Source: Octopus sinensis
Taxonomy: Eukaryota
DNA: 64,000 nt
Direction of reading: 5' to 3'
NCBI RefSeq assembly: GCF_006345805.1
Contig: NC_042999.1
Span: forward strand, 7,564,001 to 7,628,000
The translations under genes were made by a program, and so were the position numbers. Positions 11,831 to 26,272 of this stretch are shown here, piece by piece (positions within the stretch are counted from its first letter, which is position 1; each line of letters begins with the position of its first letter). The notes beneath the pieces are model-generated. The model searched no databases. It saw only the letters and a program-made list of their open reading frames with translations, and was not told the DNA's origin.

Positions 11831-12228
11831 TGATATATATATAAAAGAGAAGTTGTGTATCTGTCTCCTACGATTTAGATTCCTAACTACTCCCACATTT
11901 TGCGGTGCAGTTTAACCAAAACCGGGTATCTTATAGTCGTGATTCATATCGAGCCCTTCTGGGTATTAGCACGCGTCTACGATGAGTCTACCATTTAAAA
12001 AGAAATTTACCATCATTTTTTCCATTTTAATGCATTCTTTCGCTATTATATAAGGAAAGTGACTCTCTAAAAATGTCTACGATGAGTCAACCAATTCTAA
12101 AAAAAATTACCATAATTTTTTTTCCATTTTTAATGCATTCTTTTGCTATTTTTTAGCTACAACTCTCTAAAAATGCTGATATAATTATTTCCCTTACAAA
12201 CCCGAGCAACGCCGGGCGATACTGCTAG
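11831..12228 (+). mobile_element. Non-autonomous Helitron copy 2
   Basis: Homologous to copy 1; 3' cccgagcaacgccggg...CTAG followed by T. Confidence 0.88.
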
Positions 12229-12470
12229 TGATACATAATTCTTCCTTATTAAAAAACGGCAATGTTATGTATGATTAATTCTTCTTATAATTGCGTCTGT
12301 TATCATTCATTTCTGCCTTGAACTCTCCGGATCAATGATGCCATTCTGAAATATGTCCATATTTCTTCATCGACAATGGAATATCATAATACATGTGTTT
12401 GGTAACAAAATGAAATGCCGTTGACACGTTGTGGGGTTTTTAAACGAGTCAAACAGAAGCTGTTTTTAAG

Positions 12471-12536
12471 GAGCGACGAAATGAAAGCTGTGGTTCGTCT
12501 CTTGGTGCCATGGACATTATCAAGGAACGAGAAAAG
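12471..12536 (+). CDS. Possible 66-nt internal exon (unconfirmed)
   Basis: tgtttttaag| ... AAG|gtaatc; open in two frames (ERRNESCGSSLGAMDIIKEREK); no partner exon identified. Confidence 0.25.
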
Positions 12537-14077
12537 GTAATCAGTATTGGAAACAAGTGAGCAAAATCACTTACCCATGTGTTGTCGTATTTGAAAATAC
12601 ACAATTGAGAAAAAGAAAGGTTATTAAGTCGATTCCATCAGCAAAGAAATAAATGGAATATTAAGCTCTTCGCAACTGATTTAAATGCAGTAAACCAGAT
12701 AACAATGGAAGAGAGGTAAAAGAGATTATTATAAAAGCGAATAACAAGAGTGGGCGAATTTCGCATCATCTGTTAAGTCCGCGTTCCGACTGAGTTCTCA
12801 CAGCATGGATAGTGAGACAGGAAACGAATTTAAATATTAATATTGTTCATTCTATATTATTCCAGTAAATTTCATGATATTCTCAGAAAATTATGTCACG
12901 ATTCTTTCGTTTCACTTCAATCATGAACGGTGCCAAATTAGTTGAATAGACACAAATTTGTTTGTGAATGTATGAGATCTGTAAGCAAATGTCTCTGAGT
13001 GTGTTTCTCCTATCATAAATCGCGGCGTGCATTAATAGAACCCGATGCAATCATTGTTATGGAAAATGTACACACATTGGCTCTTCTTGCAACACGTTAA
13101 AAAGCTTGTCACCCTTTGTTTTTTTTTTCACTTCAGTTATTTATGAAACCGATTCATTGATAAGGAAATTGCCTTCTTTCTACTTATACTCTTTAGATAA
13201 AAAATTGAAATAAGTTTAGTTTACGGGGAATGGATTTAGAAATATAATTTTAAAATGTGATTTAGCAATATAATTTGCAAAAGATTAATCATTGAGATTA
13301 TAAATATTTTTCGTAAGCCTTGACAAACACACAACCAAACAATAGCTGTTGACATGAAGAAAATAAGAACATTTCAAAATAAGAACATTTCAAACAAGTA
13401 ATGAGCATTATTAATCGTAAATATATTGGCAATATACTCTCTATATACATCATTGCTTTTATTTTTTTTTTGTATCTTATAATGATGAAATAAATAATCG
13501 TATTCAATGTACGCCAAATATTTAATATAATAAGGATTTTGAGGAAAATAGAACAGATATAAAAGAAAAGACATGAAAATACTCCTAGCTAAATCCTTCA
13601 ATTATTTTTTGGAATGTTTGTTCGGCAAATAAAAAGAAAACCATTTTAGAACGTAGTACAATCATAGAAATAAATTAAATGGAAAGAAACCGGCCAAAAA
13701 ACAATGAACATAAAATAAAAACAGCAAACCTAATTTTCTCTGCACAACGAATTCACCTGCAATTTTTCTTCATTTCATTATTCATTCTCTTTATGTATTC
13801 CACTGACTCTCAATAGAACTACAGATTTTCGGAAGAAAAATAAATGGCTGAGATTGTAATCAATGCTATTCCAGTGTGGCCACGTACAGTTTTGAAATTA
13901 ATTCAGTAAAATAAAAGAAGAGATAATGATACAAGTAAAAGCCTGGGCCACCCCAGGCAACTTTATGTTAACATATTCGGTTTTATGAAATTGTTGAGGC
14001 ACGCTTTATGCCACTTCCATCATTGGATGGCAGCCTTCTCAGAGTTGCAACTTCAGTCATATCTAAATAAAAAAGAT

Positions 14078-14327
14078 AAATGCACCTTTTAAAGCCTAGC
14101 CAGGCTCATGGGCCCGGTTTCAGGGTTTCAATGGCGTATGTGTTCCCCAGCTGGACGGGACGCCAGTCCATCGCAGCGTCATTCATTTTTGCCGATTGAG
14201 TGGACTGGAGCAACATGAAATGAAGTGTTTTGCTCAAGAACACAACACGTCGCCCGGTTCAGGAATCGAAACCACAATCTTACGATCATAATGCTGACAC
14301 CCTAACCTCTAAGCCACGCGCCTCCAC
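14078..14327 (-). mobile_element. tRNA-derived SINE S4
   Basis: Head gtggaggcgcgtggcttag...gtttcgattcc; central gttgtgttcttgagcaaaacact; tail shared with 58058-58160. Confidence 0.85.
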
Positions 14328-14594
14328 TCAGTCATATCTACCACGGACTATTTCAATCTTGTAGTTATTTTTATTAATATTTGTCTGACCTATAATTCTG
14401 AGTTCAAATTCTGTCGAGATCGACTTGGACTTTGATCCTGTTAGGGTCGATAAAACAAGTACCAGTTGTAAACTGGGGTCGATGCAATCAACATACCCGT
14501 CCTCAAAATGTGAAACCAACATTTGTCTAACCTATTAACTAACGGATATCAGCGGATACAACTAAACAACAATATAATTTTAAGGAGACACACA

Positions 14595-14708
14595 GACAGA
14601 TACACACACACACATACACACACACACACAAACACACAAACACACACACACTCACACATTCACACATCTATATCTACATGCATGCATGCATCTATCTATC
14701 TATCTATA

Positions 14709-14788
<80 letters not shown>

Positions 14789-14818
14789 TATTTATATACT
14801 GTATATATATATTGTATG

Positions 14819-14864
<46 letters not shown>

Positions 14865-15031
14865 CTATATATATATATATATATATAATATATATATATA
14901 TCTATATATATATATATATGTATGTATATATATATACATATATATATATATACATATATATATATACATATATATATAACATATATATATATATACATAT
15001 ACATATATATATATATACATATATATATATC

Positions 15032-15129
<98 letters not shown>

Positions 15130-15195
15130 CATATATATATATCCATATATCTGTCTATCTTTCTCTTTCTCTTTCACTCTCACTCACTTACTCTC

Positions 15196-15235
<40 letters not shown>

Positions 15236-15285
15236 TACATGTATGTATGTCTGTACACACACACACACACACACACACAACACAT
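14595..15285. repeat. Compound (CA)n/(TCTA)n/(TA)n microsatellite
   Basis: Direct inspection. Confidence 0.97.
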
Positions 15286-15528
15286 GTATACGAACAAACA
15301 ACGTGTGTAACAACAAAAGAAATACGCCTGAACATCGTTTCCCCGCAACAATGGATATAATATTTGATTTTCAGTGACAGATCGGATAAGATTACATCCA
15401 TGTTACCGGGAAGCGTCGAGTACTTATGTGAGTGGCCCATTCTCTTATTTCACATACATAATATATACCTGTAATTAGCTACAACAGGTTTCTACACTGG
15501 ATAATTATAATGTTATTTTTCTAAATCT

Positions 15529-15691
15529 TGTGGTAAGTACCTTACTTACCAACCACATGGTTCTGGGCTCAGTCCCACTGCGTGGTACCTTGGGCAAATG
15601 TTTTCTACTATAGCCTCGGGCCGACCAAAGCCTTGTGAGTGTATTTGGTAGACGGAAGCTGAAAGAAGCCCGTCGTATATATGTACACACA

Positions 15692-15741
<50 letters not shown>

Positions 15742-15987
15742 GTTTGTGTGTGTGTGTGTGTGTGTGTTTGTGTTTGTGTCTGTGTGTCTGTGTTTGTCAC
15801 CCCAACATCGCTTGACAACCGATGCTTATGTGATTATGCACCCGTAACTTAGCGGTTTGGCAAAAGACCCGATAGAATAAGTACTAGACTTACAAAAGAA
15901 TAAATCCTGGGGTCGATTTGCTCGACTAAAACCAGTGATCCAGTATGGCCTTAGTTAAATGACTGAAACGAGTAAAACGGTAAAGGA
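15529..15987 (+). mobile_element. SINE S1
   Basis: tggtaag...ggttctgggctcagtcccactgcg head, internal (CA)/(TG) tract, atgactgaaac tail. Confidence 0.9.
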
Positions 15988-16572
15988 GCATACATTCTAT
16001 TCCATCGAAAATCTATCATTGGAAAATTTCATTAAAAAACTATTTATATAAATTTATGATACTAACCCCGTGCCCCTTACGTTGACTCTTTTGTATGTCT
16101 CTTTTACTCTGCCCCACCCCTCTTTGTCTCTCTCTAGGATATAAAGTTTTACAGGAGAACTCAGTCAATCAACCAACCAAAATGTCTATCGGCTATTATT
16201 AAATTCAAATTACCTTACAAGAGTAATCCTCATAGAACGCTGTGGGAATTCTTCAACAATTCGTTATTTTCTTCATTATTGAACGACGTAACGGGAAAAC
16301 TGAATTATCCACGTGACATCCAAATTGTTTATATAATTTGTTCCAGAACTGTCCAGGGAAATACGCTTATCACCGCTATATACACTTTTACCCACGATTA
16401 GTAACTAGTTTGATAAATGATAACCGCACGAAAGTCTCGACTCTTGAGTCGTTCTGTTGCTTCTGATTAATATTAATAAAAATATATATGTACACAAACA
16501 ACCTCCCCACCCCAAACACATACACACACATGTATATATATATATATGTGTGTGTGTGTATGTATGTGTATG

Positions 16573-16702
16573 TTTCCTTTCTGTTGAAGAGCCTATGCTC
16601 GAAACGTAAAATACTTTCTCACTTCCTGAGTGTTAAACTAATACTTCTGATCGTTGTTTACACACCCGTCTTCGTCTTTTGTTTCGTTTTCTTGTAAATT
16701 CC

Positions 16703-16705
<3 letters not shown>
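16573..16705 (+). mobile_element. Family D short repeat with variant hammerhead-like motif (16578-16611)
   Basis: TTT-CTGTTGA-A-GAGC CTAT GCTC-GAAAC-GT-A-AAA; homologous to 20704-20880. Confidence 0.7.
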
Positions 16706-16762
<57 letters not shown>

Positions 16763-17454
16763 AGAAAATCTTACTTAGAAAGGGATGCGTGCGTTCCGTC
16801 ATATAATATATTAATAAATAAAAGATTGTCGTTACTGTCCTGTTTTTGTTACCATTTTTACCCCTCCGCAAAAAGATCTCAAATTTTATTTGATTTGCTT
16901 TTCGCAGGAAGGAAAGTTTCTATCGAAGATACGTCTCGCCTTCACCTTCGAAACATAGAGTAGATGAAACCATGGCGACTGAAGAAGGGTTTTTTTCCTT
17001 GTGTTATTTGTCCTGTACTCTATTTTTGTTGTTGTTTAAGAAAAATGTCCAGTTCCTTGGGTTTGTGTCTATGTTCTCGTTTCGCATTGTGTTCGACGTT
17101 TTTTTGGTGTCCTGTACTCATATATGCGTGTATATATACATGTAGAGGTAGGTATGTACATATATGTATTTATTAATATATATATATATATATATATATA
17201 CATACATACTTACATATATGCATATATACATACATACATATACGTTTTTACAAGCATTTATTAGTGTATATGTGTGTACAACGTACATTTACAGATTCTG
17301 CAATAGTGTTATGGTCGATCAAAGCTATGATAGATGACACTTACATGACGAATATGCAGTTTAGACAGATCAAATACGAACTGCGTGTTTGGAGAAGTAA
17401 TCTATAAATCATATAATAATGCTAGCGCCTGTATATATACATATAGACATGCTG

Positions 17455-17498
<44 letters not shown>

Positions 17499-17519
17499 TA
17501 CATAAAGCAGAAGGCTAAT

Positions 17520-17865
17520 TCGAAGACTACAGATCCAATCCATTACTGGAACTGTAAAAGTCTGTAAAACTTTCCAGAAGTTTATCAATTAAATATATAT
17601 GAGCATGTCTAGATATGCAACTATATACATGAGAATATATACATAAAACATACAAATCTGTACATGCATACATACATACATACATACATACATGCATACA
17701 AGCATGCATACATACATACAAACAAACATACATAATTAAAAACAAACAAAAACACTCTTTTGTTGATGTTGAAATTCCAATGAAGGAGCTTTGGATTTAG
17801 GTTAGAAACCGGTTCTTTCTCTATTGGCAAAAAATCTTGAAATAAACTGAATAATGACATGCATA
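17520..17865 (+). mobile_element. 3'UTR of RLE-type LINE with internal (CATA)n
   Basis: Colinear with the reverse complement of 36100-36410. Confidence 0.85.
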
Positions 17866-18254
17866 TCATTTTTCATCTATTTTTTAGACAAACAAGTGGA
17901 GAGTGGAATCAGAATACAGGTCAATGGAATATTTTTTGGTGTAATTTAATGTGGAATTCCATGAATAAATCTTAAAGAAAATAATGAATTGTAGACGAAT
18001 TCCCATAACGTTGTATAAGGATTACTTTTGTAAAGTAATTTGAATTTAATAATAGCCGATAGAAATTTTGGTTGGTTGTTTGACTGAGTTCTCCTGTAAA
18101 ACTTTATATCCTAGAGAGACAAAAAGGGGGGGGGGTGCAGAGTAAAAGAGACATACAAAAGAGTCAACGTAAGGGGCACAGGGTTAGTATCATAACTTTA
18201 TATAAATAGTTTTTTAATGAAATTTTCCAATGATAGATGGAATAGTATGTATAT

Positions 18255-18633
18255 GGAGGCGCAATGGCCCAGTGGTTAGGGCAGCGGACTCGCGGTCGTA
18301 GGATCGCGGTTTCGATTCCCAGACCGGGCATTGTGAGTGTTTATTGAGCGAAAACACCTAAAGCTTCACAAGGCTCCGGCAGGGGGTGGTGGTGAACCCT
18401 GCTGTACTCTTTCACCACAACTTTCTCTCACTCTTTCTTCCTGTTTCTGTTGTACCTGTATTTCAAAGGGCCAGCCTTGTCACACTCTGTGTCACGCTGA
18501 ATCTCCCCGAAAACTACGTTGAGGGTATACGTGTCTGTGGAATGCTCAGCCACTTGCACGTTAATTCCACGAGCAAGCTGTTCCGTTGATCGTATCAGCT
18601 GGGACCCTCATCGTCGTAACCGACGGAGTGCTC
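18255..18633 (+). mobile_element. tRNA-derived SINE S2, tail type 1
   Basis: ggaggcgcaatggcccagtggttaggg...gtttcgattccc head; tagtatgtatat duplicated on both sides. Confidence 0.92.
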
Positions 18634-19899
18634 CTATCTAGTATGTATATTTATAAGATTCCGATGGAATAGTATGTATATTTATAAGATTTAGAAAAAT
18701 AATGATATTAAAATTATCCAGTGTAGAAACTTGTTGTACTTCATTTCATTTTAAGATAATATTTTTCCTTGGAAAATTGGTATTCATTTCGTGACTTTGC
18801 GAAAGCACCAATTATTTTTAAAAAAATAAAATTATAATTATAGTCTGTATCCCATATATTTTCTGATATTACCCATTCTAGCCAAAGGTTTTTTTCTAAA
18901 GTTACTCGTTATAGTATGGGCAGAACTCTAGTTTTAAATATCCAGTGTAGAATATCAAAGAAAATCTTGCTGAAGGGAAAGGAGATTGAAATGGTTATTT
19001 ATAAGTGAGGAGATGGTGAAGCACATATGCTTGTATGGTTTAAGTTTTCTATTGTGATAAACGAATTCAATAGATAAAACCTGTTATTTCCATAGTGATT
19101 CGAGTTATGAATCTTTTCAATGGGAAACCTTACTCTGAAGAAAAATTATAAAAAGTAATAAAATATCCTATTCAATGCGTTACATGTCACACAAAGAGAT
19201 AATGTCGCATATAAACCTCAATTAAAACATATTACATGTCGGTGACCTTCCTGTTATTAGCAAAATCTGCATCGTAAGAAATAGCACAGTCGAAAATTAT
19301 CTGCATAATTTAAGATTCTTCAAACAGTACAGATGAAAAAAATTCAATGTTTTGTGCAATTTTACTGGTGAATCCAGAAGAGGAGAAGATTGTTTGACTA
19401 CCCATTTAACTTTTGCAAAATTTGAACGAATATAAAATGTAATTCCATTAGCATTTCCATACATACTCTTCTAGTTCGGCATTGTGACTAACCTATTTAT
19501 CAATCATAAACGCCATTAGAGTGCAGCGGAGTGTGAACCAGTCAAACAAATTTTCTATACGTTTATATAATCGGAAGTAGTTCAGAGAAACCAATTCTAG
19601 AAAGAGGGGGAGTTCCACGCTGTAGTTAAATTGTAAAAATAGCGGGCAAATTAGAAAATCTTTTTCTAAACTGAATCGCCCTATCAGGAAGCTGGAGAGT
19701 AAAAATTAGATTTATTTCATATTATTTGTTGGTCGGACATCAAATACCTATTGAACTCCATTCTTAAATGCATCCATTCACTCTAGTGTTTACGTTGATG
19801 ATTTTGGATGAATAAATCGTTGGTTCTTTTCATTAAATTGTTGTGAAATAGTACCTAGAAGTTGAACTGGTGGAAGAACAGTGGCCTGAAGAGACAGAC

Positions 19900-20520
19900 T
19901 GAAAGGAAGATTATGGCTCTGCAGGAGTAAGCATTGCAAACGAGAAACATCAGGAAAATCAATGACAAAGAAAGAAAAGATCAACGAGAAGTGTAGGACG
20001 AGCGGAGAAAGAAAAGAAGCGATTGCACACATATACCCGAATGCCCAAAACTAACAGAAGAAGTGTATAAGAAACTGGGGACATAATAGAGTGGCGAGTG
20101 TGGTGCAAAGCTGTAAGTACAGCTTCCCTTCTTCCGAAAAGTGGTTTGACCACAAGGTAGAGAAGTTGCTGGAGAATGAAAATAGAAGGAACATCTGGGA
20201 TTGTAAACTGCAAAAAGATAAGGTCATGGAACACTCTCGGCCTGGTATCGTTAACTTCTATAAAACATCTCATGGATGTACAAAGGTGGACATAACATGT
20301 CCTTCTGATATCAAAGTAAAAGAGAAAGATCGGGAAAAGTTTGGTAAATACAATGATTTGAGATACAAGATTGGGCAGATGTGGGGTTATAGGGCTGTAA
20401 ACGTTTTGCCATTTCTCATCGGTAACGATGGCTACCGTAGACAGAAGTTTCGAAACATTCGAGAAACACGTTGGTTGTGACATTACTGTGATGCAGAAAA
20501 CCTGCTTATTAGGGACTGCA
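19900..20520 (+). pseudogene. RLE-type (R4/Dong-like) LINE C-terminal fragment
   Basis: Decayed CCHC region, then WFDHKVEKLLENE..IWD, HSRPGIV, VDITCPSD..KEKDREKFGKYNDL, VLPFLIG. Confidence 0.85.
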
Positions 20521-20703
20521 AGAATCTTAAGATAGGTGCTGGATGCTTAAGGTCGTGTGGTGACTTGCTATCCACCAAAATGAACCGGCATAAGAGCGAG
20601 AGATGAAAGCAAATAATAAAATTCTTACTCATTCAGTTATACAATTAATGCATCAAATACCATGGTGATTCAATATCAAGAATAAACAAACTATGCTAAG
20701 GCA

Positions 20704-20880
20704 TTTTCTCTCCTTTTTTCTCTCCATTTTTTCTCTCTTTGTTTCTCTCCTTGTTTTTTCTGTACAAGAGCGTAGGCTCGAAACGTAAAATACTTTTTCT
20801 ATTCTCGAGCGTTATACTAATACATCTGTTTGTTTTGTACACCACCGGTCTTCGTCTTTTCTTTTTTTCGTAAACTCTCC
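20704..20880 (+). mobile_element. Family D element, 177 bp, with perfect 13-bp target-site duplication
   Basis: ctatgctaaggca at 20691-20703 and 20881-20893; hammerhead-like motif at 20757-20790. Confidence 0.85.
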
Positions 20881-21704
20881 CTATGCTAAGGCAGTTCCTT
20901 TCAGCATCAGACCAACTCCGTTCGACCCACGAAGATGACCAACAATACGAATGAAACGTTTTCGTGTTCAGCTGCGATTGAAAGAGGAATGAGTAGTTTG
21001 AATTTGAGAAATAATACTGAGACAACGTAGCGGAGAGATGGACCGACGTCGGCAGAAACGAAGATATTTAATACAAGAAGGAAATGGTTGGCATCTAAAT
21101 GTAAGATGTTTTGTTGTCACAGTCCTGTATTGTGACATGTTCGGTTACAAATCCGAGTGATTATTGCAAGACATTGTAATACAGTTTCTTTTGTATTTTC
21201 TCACAATTATTGCTACCAAGAGACACACATCATTATATGTCGCAACCCCTCCCCTCCGTATTCAATATGTTAAAACCTATTTTCTTTTCTCTTCACAACA
21301 GACAAAACATCTGTCCGGTATTTACATTCGCAGTACGGTAGATAAAATATTTATATTCTTATAGCAATACAGAGATGTTATTATCATAATCCGGCAGCTT
21401 TGTAATGTCTTCGTTTTTTCAATTCATTTTCACTATTTACTCAAACACGTTTTCTCACAGATGTAGTTTTTATCTGGGTTATATTCGCAAAGGACATTTC
21501 GGCATCGTAATTGACTTATCTATTACTATTCTTACTTAGTTTATTCTTGTTTTGTGCCGTAGTTATAAAACTATCAGTTCTTCAAATAACATTTTTTTAG
21601 ACCAAAACCAAAAATCTCAATCGACATTTTTAATTCTTTTCTTCTTTTAAGACAGGATTAAGGTGACTCGTATAGAAATACAAATTACATCAGTTAGTGT
21701 GCGT

Positions 21705-21826
21705 CTATACAAACATACATACACACATACATGCATACATACATACATACATACATACATACATACATACATACATACATACATACATACATACATGCAT
21801 ACATACATACATTCTTTCATACATAC

Positions 21827-21859
<33 letters not shown>

Positions 21860-21977
21860 TATATATATACACATACATACATACATACATACATATATAC
21901 CTATATATATATATACATATATACATATATGTATGCATATATACCTATATAGATGTATACATATATACATATATGCA

Positions 21978-22036
<59 letters not shown>

Positions 22037-22096
22037 ACATATATATATAATAGTACAAAGTAAGATACGGGTTATGGATGTAACCCACTATGGGAT

Positions 22097-22129
<33 letters not shown>

Positions 22130-22150
22130 TATACATAACATATATATCTT
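21705..22150. repeat. (CATA)n/(TA)n microsatellite
   Basis: Direct inspection. Confidence 0.97.
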
Positions 22151-22858
22151 TATATATATATTCTTAATTGTTATTCCTACATATTTCTTCATAACTTAGC
22201 TCCATAGGATATCATTTTTTTTTTTATTTCATGTGTGGAAACTTTTATATTGTTCGCGAAAACAACTTTTTCCCGTCGTCTCAATATTCCGTTCCCCTCT
22301 TTTATCTTTCAACATAAGTGACCTAACTCTTCCCATGGGGGAGCCATACTGATTCTCGTTATGAGGAGCTTCACACTATTTCTATCTAATTCTTGGTGTG
22401 CAATTCAATTTTCTCGTTCACTTCGCCAATCAATCAATAATACGGTTATCTTCAATTACGTAACGAATACCTTTGACAAAGACCAGAATAATATAGAATA
22501 TTATTCCTCTTCCTTTCCAAAATCAATATTTCATTTATCTATCACCAGTGCGATCGATTCAATTACTACATTTTTCATTATCAAATGTACTGACAATAGC
22601 AGTTGTCACGTTCCTATTTTCCGAAGGACAATAACCGCAAAGGTGACGTGAAATAACTACCACCGGGAATGAAGACGGAGTGTCAGAGCCGCTCCCCGAA
22701 GATTAAAACTTGTTCGACGACGCACTCTAATTAATATCAAACCATATTATCACTGCTCGTGTCCGTATTGTATTCCTGTGTTTAGTCAGGTTATTAATGG
22801 TCTTTTCATTTTAGTGTTGCAGTTACTCTAGAGTAGAGATGGCGATCCTTGTATTACG

Positions 22859-22901
<43 letters not shown>

Positions 22902-22914
22902 ATATATACATGTA

Positions 22915-23093
22915 GGCGCAGGAGTGGTTGTGTGGTAAGTAGCTTGTTCCGGGTTCACTCCCACTGCGTGGAACCTTGGGCAAGTGTCTTCTACCATAGC
23001 CTCGGGTCGACCAAAGCCTTGTGAGTGGATTTGGTAGACGGAAACTGAAAGAAGCCCGTCGTATATATGTATATATATATATACATACTCACT

Positions 23094-23125
<32 letters not shown>

Positions 23126-23371
23126 ATATATATATATATATATAAATGTGTGTGTGTGTGTGTGTGCGTGTGCGTGTTTGTGTGTCTGTGTTTGTCCCTC
23201 CAACATCGCTTGACAACCGATGCTGGTGTGCTTACGTCTCCGTAGCTTAGCGGTTCGGCAAAAGAGACCAATAAGAATAAGTCCTGGGGTCGATTTGCGC
23301 GACTAAATGCGGTGCTCCAGCACGGCCACAGTCACATGACTGAAACATGTAAAAGGGTAAAGTGTAAAGAG
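22915..23371 (+). mobile_element. SINE S1
   Basis: Full head ggcgcaggagtggttgtgtggtaag through tail. Confidence 0.92.
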
Positions 23372-23544
23372 TACACAATCGTGGCTGTGTGGTGAGAAGT
23401 TTTCATCTCAATCTCATGGTTCCAAGTTCAATACCACCGCGAAATATCTTTGGCAAGCGTTTTGTCAGACGGAGCCTGAAGACAAACCTGTCGTATATAT
23501 ATAAATACATACATACACACACACAAGTATATATATATATATAT

Positions 23545-23947
23545 AGGAGTGGCTGTGTGGTAAGTAGCTTGCTAACCAACCACATGGTTCCGGGTTCAGT
23601 CCCACTGCGTGGCACCTTGGGCAAGTGTCTTCTACTATAGCCTCGGGCCGACCAAAGCCTTGTGAGTGGATTTGGTAGACGGAAACTGAAAGAAGCCCGT
23701 CGTATATATGTATATATATGCATATATGCGTGTGTGTGTTTGTGTGTCTGTGCTTGTCCCCTAGCATTGTTTGACAACCGATGCTAGTGTGTTTATGTCC
23801 CCGTTACTTAGCGGTTCGGCAAAAGAGACCGATAGAATAAGTACTGGGCTTACAAAAGAATAAGTCCCGGGGTCGAGTTGCTCGATTAAAGGCGGTGCTC
23901 CAGCATGGCCGCAGTCAAATGACTGAAACAAGTAAAAGAATAAAAGA
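23545..23947 (+). mobile_element. SINE S1 (preceded by an older decayed head at about 23385-23520)
   Basis: Near-consensus copy. Confidence 0.93.
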
Positions 23948-24026
<79 letters not shown>

Positions 24027-24678
24027 TGCGCATGTAAGCAAGCAGCTCTAGTTGCAGTGGAATTTTTCTGAGACATAAGCGTCAGACTATTTGCATTCCA
24101 AAGTTTTCCTTTCTAATTTCGGAAGTAAAAATCACTTTTGAGTGACTTTTCTCTTAGTCATGTCTATTCTATTCTTTTATCTAATACGTAAACTTATTCG
24201 GTCATCAACCTCTGCATATTGTGTCAATGCACCCGATCCGCAGGGTACATTGCGATGCTAATGCCGTTGAAGGATTTTCTATGCTTACAGGAGATTAGAA
24301 TGGTTCAGGGCGACGTTCCATTTCGATTTCACACTTGGTTCCAAAGACCGAATAAGTGTGCACAGTTTAGCTGTAAAAAAACATCTTCATTTTTGAAATT
24401 ATTTTCGAAGAATTATATAATTAACATTGTCACACCAAATAGCAACGATGTGTTACGATTCTAATAACGTTGGGTAACACTAATAAAGATGTTTAATTAT
24501 TTACACGTGATTTGTACGTAATCAAAGACACTGAATTCAAACAAATTATTGATTATTTCTAGCATTACGTCACAGACTTTTAAAAAGTAGGAGGAATATT
24601 CCATTATTTCAGAACGTACTTCATAAAGTACATTATATATAGGATCTATTAAATTTTTTGAACACATAAATATTTATG

Positions 24679-24746
<68 letters not shown>

Positions 24747-24749
<3 letters not shown>

Positions 24750-25135
24750 TTTTAATTGTTTCAGTCATTTGACTGCGGCCATGCTGGAGCACAGCTCTTA
24801 GTCGAACAAATCGACCTCAAGAATTATTCTTTGTAAGCCTAGTACTTATTTTATGTGTCTTTTTCCCGAACAGCTAAGTGACGGGGACGTAGACACACCA
24901 GCATCGGTTGTCAAGTGATGATGGCGGGACAAATACAGACATAAATACACAACGCAAACACACACATATATACGACGGGCTTCTTTCAGTTTCCATCTAC
25001 CAAATCCACTCACAAGGCTTTGGTCGGCTCGAGGCTATAGTAGAAGACACTTGCTCAAGGTGCCGCGCAGTCGGACTGAACCCGGAACCATGTGGTTGAT
25101 AAGCAAGCTACTTATCACACAGCCCCTCCTGCGCC
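24747..25135 (-). mobile_element. SINE S1
   Basis: Reverse complement of the S1 pattern. Confidence 0.92.
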
Positions 25136-25143
25136 TGTATTTA

Positions 25144-25183
<40 letters not shown>

Positions 25184-25184
<1 letters not shown>

Positions 25185-25688
25185 TAGCAGTATCGCCCGG
25201 CGTTGCTCGGGTTTGTAAGGGAAATAACTATATAAGCATTTTTAGAGAGTTACTTCCCTTATAAATTCGGGCTTTCTTAGCCATTTTTGTTTTGGTGTCT
25301 TCAAGCCATGAAGTCGTTGTTCTAAAAGAACGCTGGTTTCCTTCACAACGCATTACGACGTTGATTTCTTTACACTCCCTCCCCACAGCTTCACGATGGA
25401 GGGAAGGGGGAGAAGCAAACAGGTGCAGCGGTGAGCGTGGACGCCAACTCCGCCGCCATCGACATACGATGCATTTTATGCATTAAAATGGAATAAAAAA
25501 TGATGTTAAATTATTTTTAAAATCGTAGACTCATCGTTGACGCGCGCTAATAGTCAGACGGGCTCGATATGAATCACGACTATAAGATACCCGAATTTGG
25601 TTAAACTGCACCGCAAAATGTGGGAGGAGTTAGGAATCTAAATCGAAGGGGACAGACACTCACACAACTACAGTTTTATATATATAGA
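25184..25688 (-). mobile_element. Non-autonomous Helitron copy 3 with different internal sequence
   Basis: A|TCtatatatataaaa ... cccgagcaacgccgggcgatactgCTAG|T on minus strand. Confidence 0.92.
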
Positions 25689-26118
25689 TATCAAATGAAT
25701 AATAACATACGATAGGTAAACGTCAGCTCATTACAGTCGTTTCCTACGTAACTTTTAATAGAAGAATGAGAACATTACAACATAATTTAAGATCTTAATC
25801 ATCTGATGAGAATTAATTTTAGAAAAAAAAAAGAATATCCATGAATACCGCTGTCGAGGCCAGCTTGTCTGGCTGCCTAGGGTATACCAACAACGAACTA
25901 CACAGAGTAATGCGTGATATGGACCAGACCCTTAGGTGCTAAATACTCACAGGATTGGTCTTCTCCTTGTGCACAACCGAAATATCCTATCTGATATTTC
26001 GACTCTCTTCAAACATTGGCAGGAACCACAGACATTACACAACCCTACACGGTGCATAGCTTTTCAAGTACCTGGACTTAAAAGGAATACTAATCTTATA
26101 TATATCTATATCTATATC

Positions 26119-26272
<154 letters not shown>

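Noticed and set aside
16905-16995. GAAAC and CTGAAGA motifs close together
   Set aside because: No permutation gives consistent helices I, II and III
20900-21110. Acceptor- and donor-bounded segment with MDRRRQKRRYLIQEGNGWHLN
   Set aside because: Short, no recognisable homology; splice signals this weak are common by chance
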